Part shown: one piece after another, positions 49,101 through 57,389 of the stretch
Layout: every line of letters begins with the position of its first letter
Numbering within the stretch: position 1 is the first letter of the stretch
NCBI GenBank assembly: GCA_035560005.1
Contig: DATMAN010000031.1
Span: forward strand, 1,656 to 65,655
Source of the DNA: Burkholderiales bacterium
GTDB taxonomy: Bacteria; Pseudomonadota; Gammaproteobacteria; Burkholderiales; Eutrophovitaceae
DNA length: 64,000 bases
Reading direction: 5' to 3'
Notes under the pieces: model-generated
What the model was told of the DNA's origin: nothing
Database searches by the model: none
What the model saw: the letters and a program-made list of their open reading frames with translations, nothing else
Position numbers and translations under genes: made by a program

Positions 49101-49395
49101 CTTCGACCCGAAACAATACCTGCGGGCCGTCAACGAGCTCGCCTACGTCTCCGAGTCCGGCGAGTTGAAGCGCATCGACCGGCTGGTCGAGCTGGAGGGC
49201 GAGATCTGGGTGCTCGACTACAAGACCGGAGAGGCGATCGATCCCGAGAACCTGGCCGCGGCAGCGAAGCCTTACCGCAAACAACTGGAGGAGTACCGCG
49301 CGGCGGTGTCGAAGCTCATCCCGGGCAAGCCGGTGTCATCGGCGCTTGTGTTTGCCGGCGGGTATCACTACGCGATGCCGGCCAGCATTTGTTGA
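46102..49395 (+). CDS. addA: UvrD-family helicase/nuclease, AddA-type subunit
   Basis: GTG 46102. Has EACAGSGKTW (Walker A), ILAITFTRKAA, LLDEFQDTN, VGDPKQSIYRFR, and the C-terminal nuclease motif RIDRLV....WVLDYKTG. Confidence 0.88.
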   Translation: MSDPVRELNRAALDPARCVVIEACAGSGKTWLLVSRIVRLLLAGAKPSEILAITFTRKAAQEMAARLHDWLHDLATLPDEEVIDFLRIREVPESEIRDLLPKARTLLEGFLTDQPGITVGTFHGWFLQLLRKAPLAAGAGAASLVEQTSALIDEAWQLFAEHLRHNPESPLARALDYLFATCGLANTRSLLIGFLHKRAEWWSFVRGAPDPVQFALDRLRAQMPVAPQADVCAELFGDATFIAQLREYTALLARNGTPGDRKTATAVLASEPLPPARRFEILCSKLFKTDGELRARAPNAAVERRLGAAGQARLLELHAGLGARLAVARSHLTEQAMFRLNEAGLACGHELLAAYQRIKAERGLIDYTDVEWQAWELLNESQHAEYMQYKLDARYRHILLDEFQDTNPLQWQVLSAWLTASVEAGSRPTVFLVGDPKQSIYRFRRAEPRLFGIAAQYLQERFGARRLEQNVTRRNAPPIVEVVNALFGQEPLFEAFLAHETLRPRLPGAVQVKPLIAHDEEELAPVAWRNPLDAPRVDATDRRREREAQQLARTIGQIVGRWEVRDESGTPRPARYEDIMVLVARRTHLDIYERALRHAQIPYLSSRQGGLLDTLETGDLMALLQFLVLPSSDLHLAHALRSPLFSAADEDLALLASSPGSNWWRRLQKLAHEGAAPETLARAYALLSGWLREVDRRPVHDLLDRIYFEADVMRRYEAAVPAPMRTAVAANLRAFMEVALATDAGRYPSLQGFLHQLADLKRATPEEAPGEGIVVEGADAVRILTVHGAKGLEAPIVWLLDAAASDRRAEGYSALVDWPPEAALPGHFSLLTRKSETGASREPLVSRETQLAAREDLNLLYVAMTRAKQALIVSGIDGRGADSSWHAKVAAAVERVGALPVALPPAAAQPAPPTAVPVLDRALLEALSAPLNVGRRVDNLVDPRRRHGTLLHALLEHMAPPRAIEDRDFLRRKLGLDESEFERIWKEAHAILASPELRRFFDPKQYLRAVNELAYVSESGELKRIDRLVELEGEIWVLDYKTGEAIDPENLAAAAKPYRKQLEEYRAAVSKLIPGKPVSSALVFAGGYHYAMPASIC

Positions 49396-49938
49396 AGTCC
49401 TGGTAGGCAGGCGATTCCCCGGGCTTGTTCCGACCCAGGGGGCATCGCCCGCGGCGTTCTGATCGGCGTCGCCAAGTCCAAGGGTGTGCCCTACCTGCCA
49501 TCGTCCTACGCCATCACCCCGGCGGACCTGCAGGAAGCGCTGAGGAAGCAGGGCACCACGCTTCGCCCGGGCGACGTAGTGCTGAGGCGAACCGGTCTGA
49601 TGACCCTGCGGCCCGACGTGGAGCAGTACCGCCTTCTGGATCAGGCCGGAGTGAGCCCGCAGGCGGCGCAGTGGCTGGTGGAGACGCAGCAGGCGATGCT
49701 GCTCGGCGCAGACAACTTCGGGGTCGAGAGCTTTCCCTCGAAGGACCCGGAGAACTTCGTACCGGTGCACACTTATCTGCAGGCCGAGAAAGGCGTCTCG
49801 CTGCTCGAAGCGGTTTGGCTGGAGGATCTGTCGAGGGACCGGGTGTACGAGTTCCTCTTCATCGCGGTGCCGCTGAAGATACGCAACGCGACTGCCTCTC
49901 CCTTGCGCCCGATCGCGATTCCGATCAGGAGCAGGTAG
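49396..49938 (+). pseudogene. 5'-truncated cyclase-family (kynurenine-formamidase-like) gene remnant
   Basis: Reading continues in the addA frame right after its TGA: ...GIARGVLIGVAKSKGVPYLPSSYAITPADLQEAL...VYEFLFIAVPLKIRNATASPLRPIAI. This matches only the C-terminal two-thirds of this family. The N-terminal part carrying the His-rich metal motif is absent. The only start available is GTG 49486. Confidence 0.55.
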
Positions 49939-50115
49939 GGCACACCGGCACTCCCGCTCCCGCGGTGGGCGAAGGCGTCGCAGTGGCGACATACGACCGC
50001 CGGCTGTGGGGCGGCGCAAGAGCGAGTGGTCTTTCCGCGTGGCCGGCGGAAATGCCATGATTCCGCGAGGAGCGCGATCTGATCCCGCGCAGACCGCGAG
50101 GAGGAAGGAGGCCAT

Positions 50116-50547
50116 ATGGGAGAGGCACTGCTGTTCGACCACATTCACCTCATCAGCCGCGATCCGAAAGCGGCGGCCGACTGGTATTGCGCGATGTTCG
50201 GCGGCGAGATCAGCGCGGTGCAGGAGAATCTGCGCGGCGCGCCGCAGATCGACGTCCGGGTCGGTGGCATGACGATCGTCATCCGCGGCCAGCGGCCGGG
50301 CGAGCAGCCGGCCCGGCCCCGCCCCATGCAGCACTTCAACGGCTTTTCCAGCCACAACGAATGGGGGACCGACCACTTTGGTTTCAGCTATCGCGGCAAC
50401 CTGCGTGCCTTCTGCGACGAACTCAAACGCAAAGGCGTGCGCATGGCCGTCGAGCCTTGGGAATTCAAGCCCGGAATGGTGCTTTGCTATGTCGAAGCGC
50501 CTGATGGAGTGAGTATCGAGTTGATTCAGGTAAATAGCCAAGAATAG
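50116..50547 (+). CDS. VOC (glyoxalase/bleomycin-resistance/dioxygenase) family protein
   Basis: 143 aa: FDHIHLISRDPKAAADWY...GTDHFGFS.....F..ELK.KGV......W......LCYVEAPDGVSIELI. Strong GGAGGAAGGAGG upstream. Confidence 0.8.
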   Translation: MGEALLFDHIHLISRDPKAAADWYCAMFGGEISAVQENLRGAPQIDVRVGGMTIVIRGQRPGEQPARPRPMQHFNGFSSHNEWGTDHFGFSYRGNLRAFCDELKRKGVRMAVEPWEFKPGMVLCYVEAPDGVSIELIQVNSQE

Positions 50548-51005
50548 GGACCGGTTGACGTAACCGTAATGGCCGATTCGGTGGGCATATCGGAATCGGC
50601 CAGCCCGACCGATACTGCATCGCTCCTATGCACCAGCCCGGCGCCTTTGCGGTTTCGCTGCCGCAGGGGGGCAAGTACAGCGAAGCCCAACTGCGAGCCG
50701 TGATCATGCTCGATTACGCAAGACTGCAGACTTCCTTCCAACAGCGACCAGCGGCGGCCCTCAGGGCAACGCGCCGCAAGCGGCGCGCCTGAAGTCGGAC
50801 CCAGGCGCACTAAGAGGACATCAACGCCTGAAGTGCCGTTCATTCCTCATTTTGGCCCGCTTGTCACCCGCCGTTCTCAGTCCTGGAAACCGTCTGTCCT
50901 GCCCTGGCCGCCATACGGCGGATTCGGCTTTTCCCGAGAGCGGGATAGGAGTGAAATAGGTACCAAGGGAGGGTACGGTCCCCGCAAGGGGAAAGGAGGG
51001 CGACC

Positions 51006-51350
51006 ATGACTGTACCTTCAACGCCGGTCGGCAACCGGCCCGGCGCGCTCGCGAGGCCCCCGCTTACGGCGGCGCAGCATGCCCTGCTCGAACACAAGGT
51101 ACTGTCGATCAGTTCGCTGCAGCACGGCGCCTACTACGGCGGGTATCTCGACAACACGATGACCACCGGCCGGTGGCACGCCGAAAGGCGCCGCTTCATC
51201 TTCTGGGAAAACGGCATGCCGCAGCCCCAGTCCAGGGCGACCCCGCACGTAGCGGATCTCGGAACCGGTCCGCGCTTCGCGCCGCTGTGGCGCCGGGAGC
51301 CCGATCCGAAGTACGTGGTCAGCGACTTCGCGTTCGTCACGACTCGCTGA
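51006..51350 (+). CDS. Hypothetical protein (114 aa)
   Basis: AAAGGAGGG lies 6 nt upstream of the ATG. High GC3 throughout. No family recognised. Confidence 0.55.
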   Translation: MTVPSTPVGNRPGALARPPLTAAQHALLEHKVLSISSLQHGAYYGGYLDNTMTTGRWHAERRRFIFWENGMPQPQSRATPHVADLGTGPRFAPLWRREPDPKYVVSDFAFVTTR

Positions 51351-51626
51351 GCGAGAGCGACCACTCGGTCGCTTCCGCGATCCAAGCGTCGGGCTGGCGC
51401 ACGCCCATCTCGGCCAGACAGGCGCGCGGGTCGACCGCGGACGCAAGCGCGCCCTGGTAGCGCTCCCCCCGGGTCATCCCGGTCTGCGTCCTCAAGTCGG
51501 AAGAGCGCGTGCGCGCGATGCCGAAACCCATCGACACGCGGTCTGCTGGCGAAGCGCGTGAGGCGGTGATAGCCTTTGGCGCATATGCCCGACGCGGCCC
51601 GTGCATTCGCGCAAGCGCAAAGATCG

Positions 51627-53102
51627 ATGCCACTGATCGTGGGCTGCGCGTTGCTGCTGGCGGTCACGATCTGTCGCGCCGAGCAGCGGTCCGAGCCGCC
51701 GGAACTGCCGAGCGCCTGGGAAGTGCCACCGGGCGATCCCCTGGAGCACATGATCGCCGGCTACGCGAAGATCCTGTGCTCCGCGCTGTTCATCACCGGC
51801 CGCGACCTCGCCAGCGCGTCGGAGGAAGACGGCTTCTTCGTCGCGCCGCGCGCCGCACGGCGTCATGCCACCAGGATCGCGGTGGACGAGAAGGCGAAGG
51901 CCGTGCACGTTGCTCTGGCCAACGGCGTCATCCGCAGCGCCAGGCTGTACGCCGATCAGGGTTGCGTCACGCTCCCGCGCGGCGCCGATTCCGTGCACTT
52001 CACGCCGGTTCGCGTGCGCTCCTCGCTCCCCGACCCCGCGAAGCAGGACTGGCCGATGGGCGACCGGCTGCCGGAAGTGCCGCTGCCGGCGGAGATCGAC
52101 GCGAACAAGCTCGCAGCCGCGGTGGACGCCGCATTCGATCCGTCCGAAGCGCTGACCGCGGCCTTCCTCGTGGCGTACAAGGGGCGCATCCTCGCCGAGC
52201 GCTACGGGCGCGGCATCGACGCCGCCACGCCGCTGCCGAGCTGGTCGATGGGCAAGAGCATCGGCGCCACGCTGATGGGGCGCCTGATCCACGAAGGCGT
52301 GTACGACCTCTGGCAGCCCGCCCCGGTCGAAGAGTGGCAGCGACCCGACGACCCGCGCCGCGCGATCCGCATCGCCGACCTGCTGCGCATGTCGAGCGGG
52401 TTGCGCTTCGTCGCGCCGCAGGACCCGGATTTCGACCCCGCGCGTGGCTATCCCGATCACCTCTACATCTACACCGGCGCGATCGACGCGGTGCGCTGGG
52501 CGATCACGCGCCCGCTGCAGTGGGCGCCCAATACGGTCGGACGCTATCGCAATTCCGACCCGCTGACGATCGGTTATCTGATCCGGAAAGCCGCGGCGGC
52601 GCGCAAGGAGGAATATCTCTGCCTTCCGCAGCGCCTGCTCTTCGACCGTATTGGCGTGCGGCGCATGGTGCTGGAGACCGATCCCTATGGCAATCTCATG
52701 CTGCAGGGCTATGATCTGGGAACGGGGCGTGACTGGCTGCGGCTGGGATTGCTCTACCTGCAGGACGGCGTTTGGAACGGACAGCGGCTGCTCCCCGAGG
52801 GCTGGAGCGACTTCGTGCGCACGCCCGCGCCGGCGTGGTCGACGCCGGTGTACGGCGCCTTCTTCTGGCTCAACCGCACCGGGCGCTGGCCGGTGCCCGA
52901 AGACGCTTACTTCATGGCGGGTGCGGGCGGCCAGTACTCGATCATCGTGCCGACGCACGATCTGGTGGTGGTGCGCCTCGGCCACTACAGAGGCGCCGCG
53001 CAAGGCGAACAGGCGCTGGCTCGCGCGCTCGCGCTGCTGATGCAGGCCGTGCCGCAGGTGCGCGCACCGTGGCGGCCACCGGCACAGGCGGCGCAGCGTT
53101 GA
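51627..53102 (+). CDS. Serine hydrolase, beta-lactamase/transpeptidase fold (secreted)
   Basis: Start chosen at MPLIVGCALLLAVTICRA (signal peptide). SxxK as SWSMGKS, and a large class-C-like domain. Confidence 0.8.
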   Translation: MPLIVGCALLLAVTICRAEQRSEPPELPSAWEVPPGDPLEHMIAGYAKILCSALFITGRDLASASEEDGFFVAPRAARRHATRIAVDEKAKAVHVALANGVIRSARLYADQGCVTLPRGADSVHFTPVRVRSSLPDPAKQDWPMGDRLPEVPLPAEIDANKLAAAVDAAFDPSEALTAAFLVAYKGRILAERYGRGIDAATPLPSWSMGKSIGATLMGRLIHEGVYDLWQPAPVEEWQRPDDPRRAIRIADLLRMSSGLRFVAPQDPDFDPARGYPDHLYIYTGAIDAVRWAITRPLQWAPNTVGRYRNSDPLTIGYLIRKAAAARKEEYLCLPQRLLFDRIGVRRMVLETDPYGNLMLQGYDLGTGRDWLRLGLLYLQDGVWNGQRLLPEGWSDFVRTPAPAWSTPVYGAFFWLNRTGRWPVPEDAYFMAGAGGQYSIIVPTHDLVVVRLGHYRGAAQGEQALARALALLMQAVPQVRAPWRPPAQAAQR

Positions 53103-53179
53103 GCAGCACCTCGCAGATTCGGCACAATGCAGTTCGTCGCCACACTGCGGAAGCTCCAGCCGGTGCGGAGGAGACGACA

Positions 53180-54022
53180 ATGAAACAACTCGCGATGAGC
53201 CGCGCAGCCTCGGTTGCGCTGCTGGCCCTGCTCTGCGCATTCGTGTCGAGTTGCGCCGGCGTGCGCGGGCACCACACCACCACCAGCGTCGTCGACTATC
53301 TGTATCCGGACGCGAAGGAGGGCGTGGTCGCCGACCAGGGCATCCCGGTCCTCACGCTGCCCATGCGCGTGGGCATCGCCTTCGTCCCGGAAAAGGGCGG
53401 AGGCGCCACGCTCTCGGAGGCGAAGAAGACCGAGCTGCTGCAACAGGTCGCGGACCATTTCCGCAAGCTCGAGTTCATCCAGTCCCTGGAGATCATCCCT
53501 TCGGCCTATCTCACGCCGCGCGGCGGATTCCAGAACCTCGAACAGATCCGGGCTCTGCACGGGATCGAGTCGATCGTGCTGGTCTCCTACGACCAGAAGC
53601 AGTTCACCGACGAAGGCGTGGCCTCGCTCGTCTACTGGACGATCGTGGGCGCCTACGTGATTCCGGGTGAAAAGAACTCCACCTACACCATGGTGGACGC
53701 GGTAGTCATGCACATCCCCAGCCGCAAGCTGCTGTTTCGCGCGCCGGGCACCAGTCAGGTGAAGGGCTACTCCACGCCCGTCAATCTCAGCGAGGAGCTG
53801 CGCCGCGACAGCGAGAAAGGTTTCGAGGAAGCCGTGAAGAGCATGATCCCCAGTCTGGAGCAGCAGCTCGCGCTGTTCCAGGAGAAGGTCAAGGCCTCGC
53901 CCGAGGAGTACCAGGTGGTACGCGCGCCGGGGGCGCGCGGCGGCGGGGCGCTCGAATGGCCGATGGCCCTGGTGCTGGCCCTGATGGTCGCCGGGGGTTG
54001 GTGGTGGGCGCGCCGTCGGTAA
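53180..54022 (+). CDS. Rhombotarget lipoprotein with GlyGly-CTERM sorting signal
   Basis: GGAGGAG upstream of the ATG. Lipobox LLCAFVSS-C. The C-terminus RGGGALEWPMALVLALMVAGGWWWARRR shows the Gly-Gly + TM + basic pattern. The rhombosortase gene lies next to it. Confidence 0.8.
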   Translation: MKQLAMSRAASVALLALLCAFVSSCAGVRGHHTTTSVVDYLYPDAKEGVVADQGIPVLTLPMRVGIAFVPEKGGGATLSEAKKTELLQQVADHFRKLEFIQSLEIIPSAYLTPRGGFQNLEQIRALHGIESIVLVSYDQKQFTDEGVASLVYWTIVGAYVIPGEKNSTYTMVDAVVMHIPSRKLLFRAPGTSQVKGYSTPVNLSEELRRDSEKGFEEAVKSMIPSLEQQLALFQEKVKASPEEYQVVRAPGARGGGALEWPMALVLALMVAGGWWWARRR

Positions 54023-54660
54023 AGGTCGTTCCCTGGCGAACGTTTGCGTTGGCGGCCGGCGCGCTGGTCGCGTACGCCTGGCCGGGTGGTGCCGAGATCC
54101 TTATCTACGATCGCGCGGCCCTGGCTCACGGCGAAGCGTGGCGTCTGTTGAGCGGGCACCTGGTGCATTACTCGGCCGGTCATCTGCTGGCCAATCTGGC
54201 GCTCGTTGCGCCGGTTGCGCTGCTTGTGGAGCTGCGGTACCGGCGCGACTTCGTCTGGCTCCTTCTCGCCACCGCCTTGGCCATCGGCTGCGCGCTGTTT
54301 TTGCAGCGGCCGGAGATCGTCGAGTACGCGGGCCTGTCCGGTGTCGCACTGGCCTTCCTGGTGTATGCCTGTCTGCGCGGCCTGCACGAGCAGCGGCGCT
54401 GGCGCATCGTCTGCGCGGCCGTGCTCGCGGTCGTGTGCGCCAAACTGTGGGCCGAGTCCGTGTGGGGATGGAGCGTTCGCGACTGGCGGGGAACGGACGC
54501 CTTCGTCTCCGTGGCGTTGAGTCACCTGCTCGGCGCCGCGACGGGCGCGGCGCTGTATTGTGTGCGGGTCGCATCGCCGGGCTGGCGTCGCGCAAGCCGT
54601 CAGCCGCCACGGTATCGCCCGGAGCGCGTCCGGAGGCGGGCATTGCCGGAGGTCGACTGA
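54001..54660 (+). CDS. rrtA: Rhombosortase (rhomboid-family intramembrane serine protease)
   Basis: EAWRLLSGHLVHYSAGHLLANL and the catalytic YAGLSGVALAF motif, about 6 TM. The start is uncertain (TTG 53998, GTG 54001/54004 or ATG 53956). It overlaps the end of the lipoprotein gene. Confidence 0.8.
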   Translation: MVGAPSVKVVPWRTFALAAGALVAYAWPGGAEILIYDRAALAHGEAWRLLSGHLVHYSAGHLLANLALVAPVALLVELRYRRDFVWLLLATALAIGCALFLQRPEIVEYAGLSGVALAFLVYACLRGLHEQRRWRIVCAAVLAVVCAKLWAESVWGWSVRDWRGTDAFVSVALSHLLGAATGAALYCVRVASPGWRRASRQPPRYRPERVRRRALPEVD

Positions 54661-54679
54661 AGCAACAAGGGAGAAGAAG

Positions 54680-55429
54680 GTGAGGCTGAAGAACAAGGTT
54701 GCGCTTATCACCGGCGCGGCATCGGGGATGGGCGAGGCGACGGCGCTGATCTTCGCGCGCGAGGGCGCGAAGGTGGTGGTGTCCGACGTGCTGGAGATTG
54801 AAGGCAGCTCGGTGGCCGCCGCGATCGTCTCGGGCGGAGGAGAGGCGATCTTCGTGCCGCTGGACGTGACCGACGAAGCGCAGTGGCAGAAGGCCGTGCA
54901 GGCGAGCGTCGTGCGCTACGGACGCCTGGACATCCTGGTCAACAACGCCGGCATCAGCGGTGCGGTTCCCGACCGGACGGATACCGCCTATTTCGACCAG
55001 TTGATAGCGGTGAACGCGCGCGGGACTTTTCTCGGCATGAAGACCGCCATTCCCGAGATGAGGAAAGCGGGTGGTGGATCGATCGTCAACATGTCTTCGA
55101 TCTCCGGCTTCGTCGGCCAGCAGTTCGTGCACATGGGCTACAACGGCGCGAAGGCCGCGATCCGGGTGATGACCAAGTCCGCCGCCGTGCAGTACGCGCG
55201 CGACAACATCCGCGTGAATTCCGTTCATCCCGGCGTGATGCCGCCAATGCGCACCTCGGTGACCGCCGCTGATCCCAAGTTGCGCGAAAAGCTGATGGAG
55301 TCAATCCCGATGCGCCGCGCCGGCCGGGTGGAGGAGGCGGCCTACGCGGTTCTCTTCCTCGCCTCCGACGAAGCTTCCTACATCACCGGCACCGAGCTGG
55401 CGGTGGACGGCGGGTACCTCGCGGCCTAG
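54680..55429 (+). CDS. SDR family oxidoreductase (3-oxoacyl-ACP reductase/glucose dehydrogenase-like)
   Basis: GTG start after GGGAGAAGAAG. Has ITGAASGMGEA, NNAG, YNGAKAA, and PGVMPP. Confidence 0.85.
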   Translation: MRLKNKVALITGAASGMGEATALIFAREGAKVVVSDVLEIEGSSVAAAIVSGGGEAIFVPLDVTDEAQWQKAVQASVVRYGRLDILVNNAGISGAVPDRTDTAYFDQLIAVNARGTFLGMKTAIPEMRKAGGGSIVNMSSISGFVGQQFVHMGYNGAKAAIRVMTKSAAVQYARDNIRVNSVHPGVMPPMRTSVTAADPKLREKLMESIPMRRAGRVEEAAYAVLFLASDEASYITGTELAVDGGYLAA

Positions 55430-55523
55430 CAAGAGTTGAGAAGGACGGCCTGAGCGAATCGCCGCTGCTCGCTCGGTGCCGCTCGCTGCGCACGTGACGG
55501 TGGCGGCGGGTCGGTCTCGCCGG

Positions 55524-57389
55524 TCAGGCGCCCTTGGCCTTCGGTTTCTTCGCAAGCACCTGGGCGGCGATGACGATCGCGGTCAGCGCGATGCCCCCAA
55601 GGTCGGTGTAGATGCCCGGCTTGATCAGCATCAGCGCGGCAGCCACCAGCAGCAGCCGCTGCCACCAGGTGGCGATGCCGGCGAAGTAGCCAGCCAGCCC
55701 GCCGGCGAGGCAGGTCACGCCGATACTCGCGCTCACTGCCGTGAGCGCGATGGAGCCGGGCGTGCCGATCATCAGGAGCGAGGGACCGAACACGAACATG
55801 AACGGAATGATGTAGCCGCTCGCGCCGAGTCGCACGGCTTCGCGACTCGACTCCCACAGCCCGGCGCGGGAGATGCCGTTGGCGGCGTACACCGCGAGCG
55901 CGACCGGCGGTGTGATGGCCGAGAGGATGGAGAAGTACAGCACGAACATGTGCGCCGCTTCGACCTGCACGCCGAGCTTCACCAGAGCGGGGACCAGCAG
56001 TGCGGTCTGCATGATGTAGGCCGGTGCGGTGGGCATGCCCATGCCGAGCACGATGCCCGCCGCCATGGTGAGCAGAAGCGCCAGCAGCACCTGGTTGGCG
56101 GCGGCCCGCAGCACCAGATCGGTGAACTCGAGGCCCAGTCCCGTGAGATAGATGACGCCGATGACGATGCCGGCGCAGGCGCAGGACAGCGCAACCGAGA
56201 CGGTATTGCGCGCGCCGGACTCCAGCGCGGCGACCAGGTTGTCGAGCCGCACATAACGGCGCGTGCTCTTGCGCAGCAACGCGGTGGGAATCGTGGAGGC
56301 AATCCCGCAGAGCGCGGCAAAGGGCGCGCTGTAGCCGGCAAGCAGCACGCCGATGATGATGCCGAGCGGCAGGAACAGATGCCCGCGGGCCTTGAGCACT
56401 TCGCCCAGACGCGGTAGTTCGGAACGCGGCAGCCCCTTCATGCCCACGCGCTTGGCCTCGAAGTGCACCGTCATGAACAGCGCGAAGTAGTAGAGCAGCG
56501 CCGGCAGCAGCGCGTACATCGTGACTGTGAGGTAGCTGATGCCGAGGAACTCGGCCATGATGAAGGCCGCCGCGCCCATGATGGGCGGCATGATCTGCCC
56601 GCCGGTGGAGGCGACCGCCTCTACGCCGCCGGCGAAGGCCGGCGAGTAGCCGATGCGCTTCATCATCGGGATGGTGAAAGTGCCGGTGGTCATGACGTTG
56701 GCCACCGCGCTGCCCGAGACGGTGCCGAACATGCCGCTGGTGATGCAGGCGACCTTGGCCGGTCCGCCCACCGCCCTTCCGGTCAGGCTCAGCGCGAAGT
56801 CCATGAACAGTTGCCCGGTTCCCGTACGCTCCACCAGCGCGCCGAACACGATGAAGAGCATGACGTAGGTCGCCGAGACGTAAACGGGAATGCCGAAGAT
56901 CCCCTCGGTGCCGAGGTACATCTGCTCCGCCAGCTCGCGCAGGGTATTGCCGCCGAGCGTGAGCGCGTAGAGCACAAAGGCGGCCGCAGTCGCCGGCAAA
57001 GCCCAGCCCACCGCACGCCTTGTGGCGTCCAGCACGAGCAGCACGGTCGCCACGGAGAACGCCCAGTCCAGCGGCATCAGGGCGTCGACGTAGACCATCC
57101 GGTTGGTGACGTACTCGCGCTCCACGACGAGATAGCCGCAAACCACCATCGAGGCCGCCACCAGAACGAACTGCAGCCAGCGCGGCCGCGGCGCCAGCAT
57201 CAAGTAGGCGAGGACGAGGGCGAATCCGAGGTGAAGGCTGCGCAGCGTGAGCGCGTCCGGCGGCCCGTACCAGCCCACGTAGAGATGGAAGGCGGCCATC
57301 GCCAGCGCCACCAGCGTGACGAGGCGCCCGCGCACGCTTCTGTGCAGCAGCGGCAGGCCCGGCTGTTCGCTGCTCGCCGCCGCCGTCAT
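55524..57389 (-). CDS. TRAP transporter fused permease subunit (TAXI-associated)
   Basis: 621 aa from MTAAASSEQPGLPLL, with more than 15 TM segments. Its ATG overlaps the stop of the binding-protein gene (ATGA). The 931-aa track ORF is an out-of-frame over-extension. Confidence 0.88.
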   Translation of the reverse strand: MTAAASSEQPGLPLLHRSVRGRLVTLVALAMAAFHLYVGWYGPPDALTLRSLHLGFALVLAYLMLAPRPRWLQFVLVAASMVVCGYLVVEREYVTNRMVYVDALMPLDWAFSVATVLLVLDATRRAVGWALPATAAAFVLYALTLGGNTLRELAEQMYLGTEGIFGIPVYVSATYVMLFIVFGALVERTGTGQLFMDFALSLTGRAVGGPAKVACITSGMFGTVSGSAVANVMTTGTFTIPMMKRIGYSPAFAGGVEAVASTGGQIMPPIMGAAAFIMAEFLGISYLTVTMYALLPALLYYFALFMTVHFEAKRVGMKGLPRSELPRLGEVLKARGHLFLPLGIIIGVLLAGYSAPFAALCGIASTIPTALLRKSTRRYVRLDNLVAALESGARNTVSVALSCACAGIVIGVIYLTGLGLEFTDLVLRAAANQVLLALLLTMAAGIVLGMGMPTAPAYIMQTALLVPALVKLGVQVEAAHMFVLYFSILSAITPPVALAVYAANGISRAGLWESSREAVRLGASGYIIPFMFVFGPSLLMIGTPGSIALTAVSASIGVTCLAGGLAGYFAGIATWWQRLLLVAAALMLIKPGIYTDLGGIALTAIVIAAQVLAKKPKAKGA

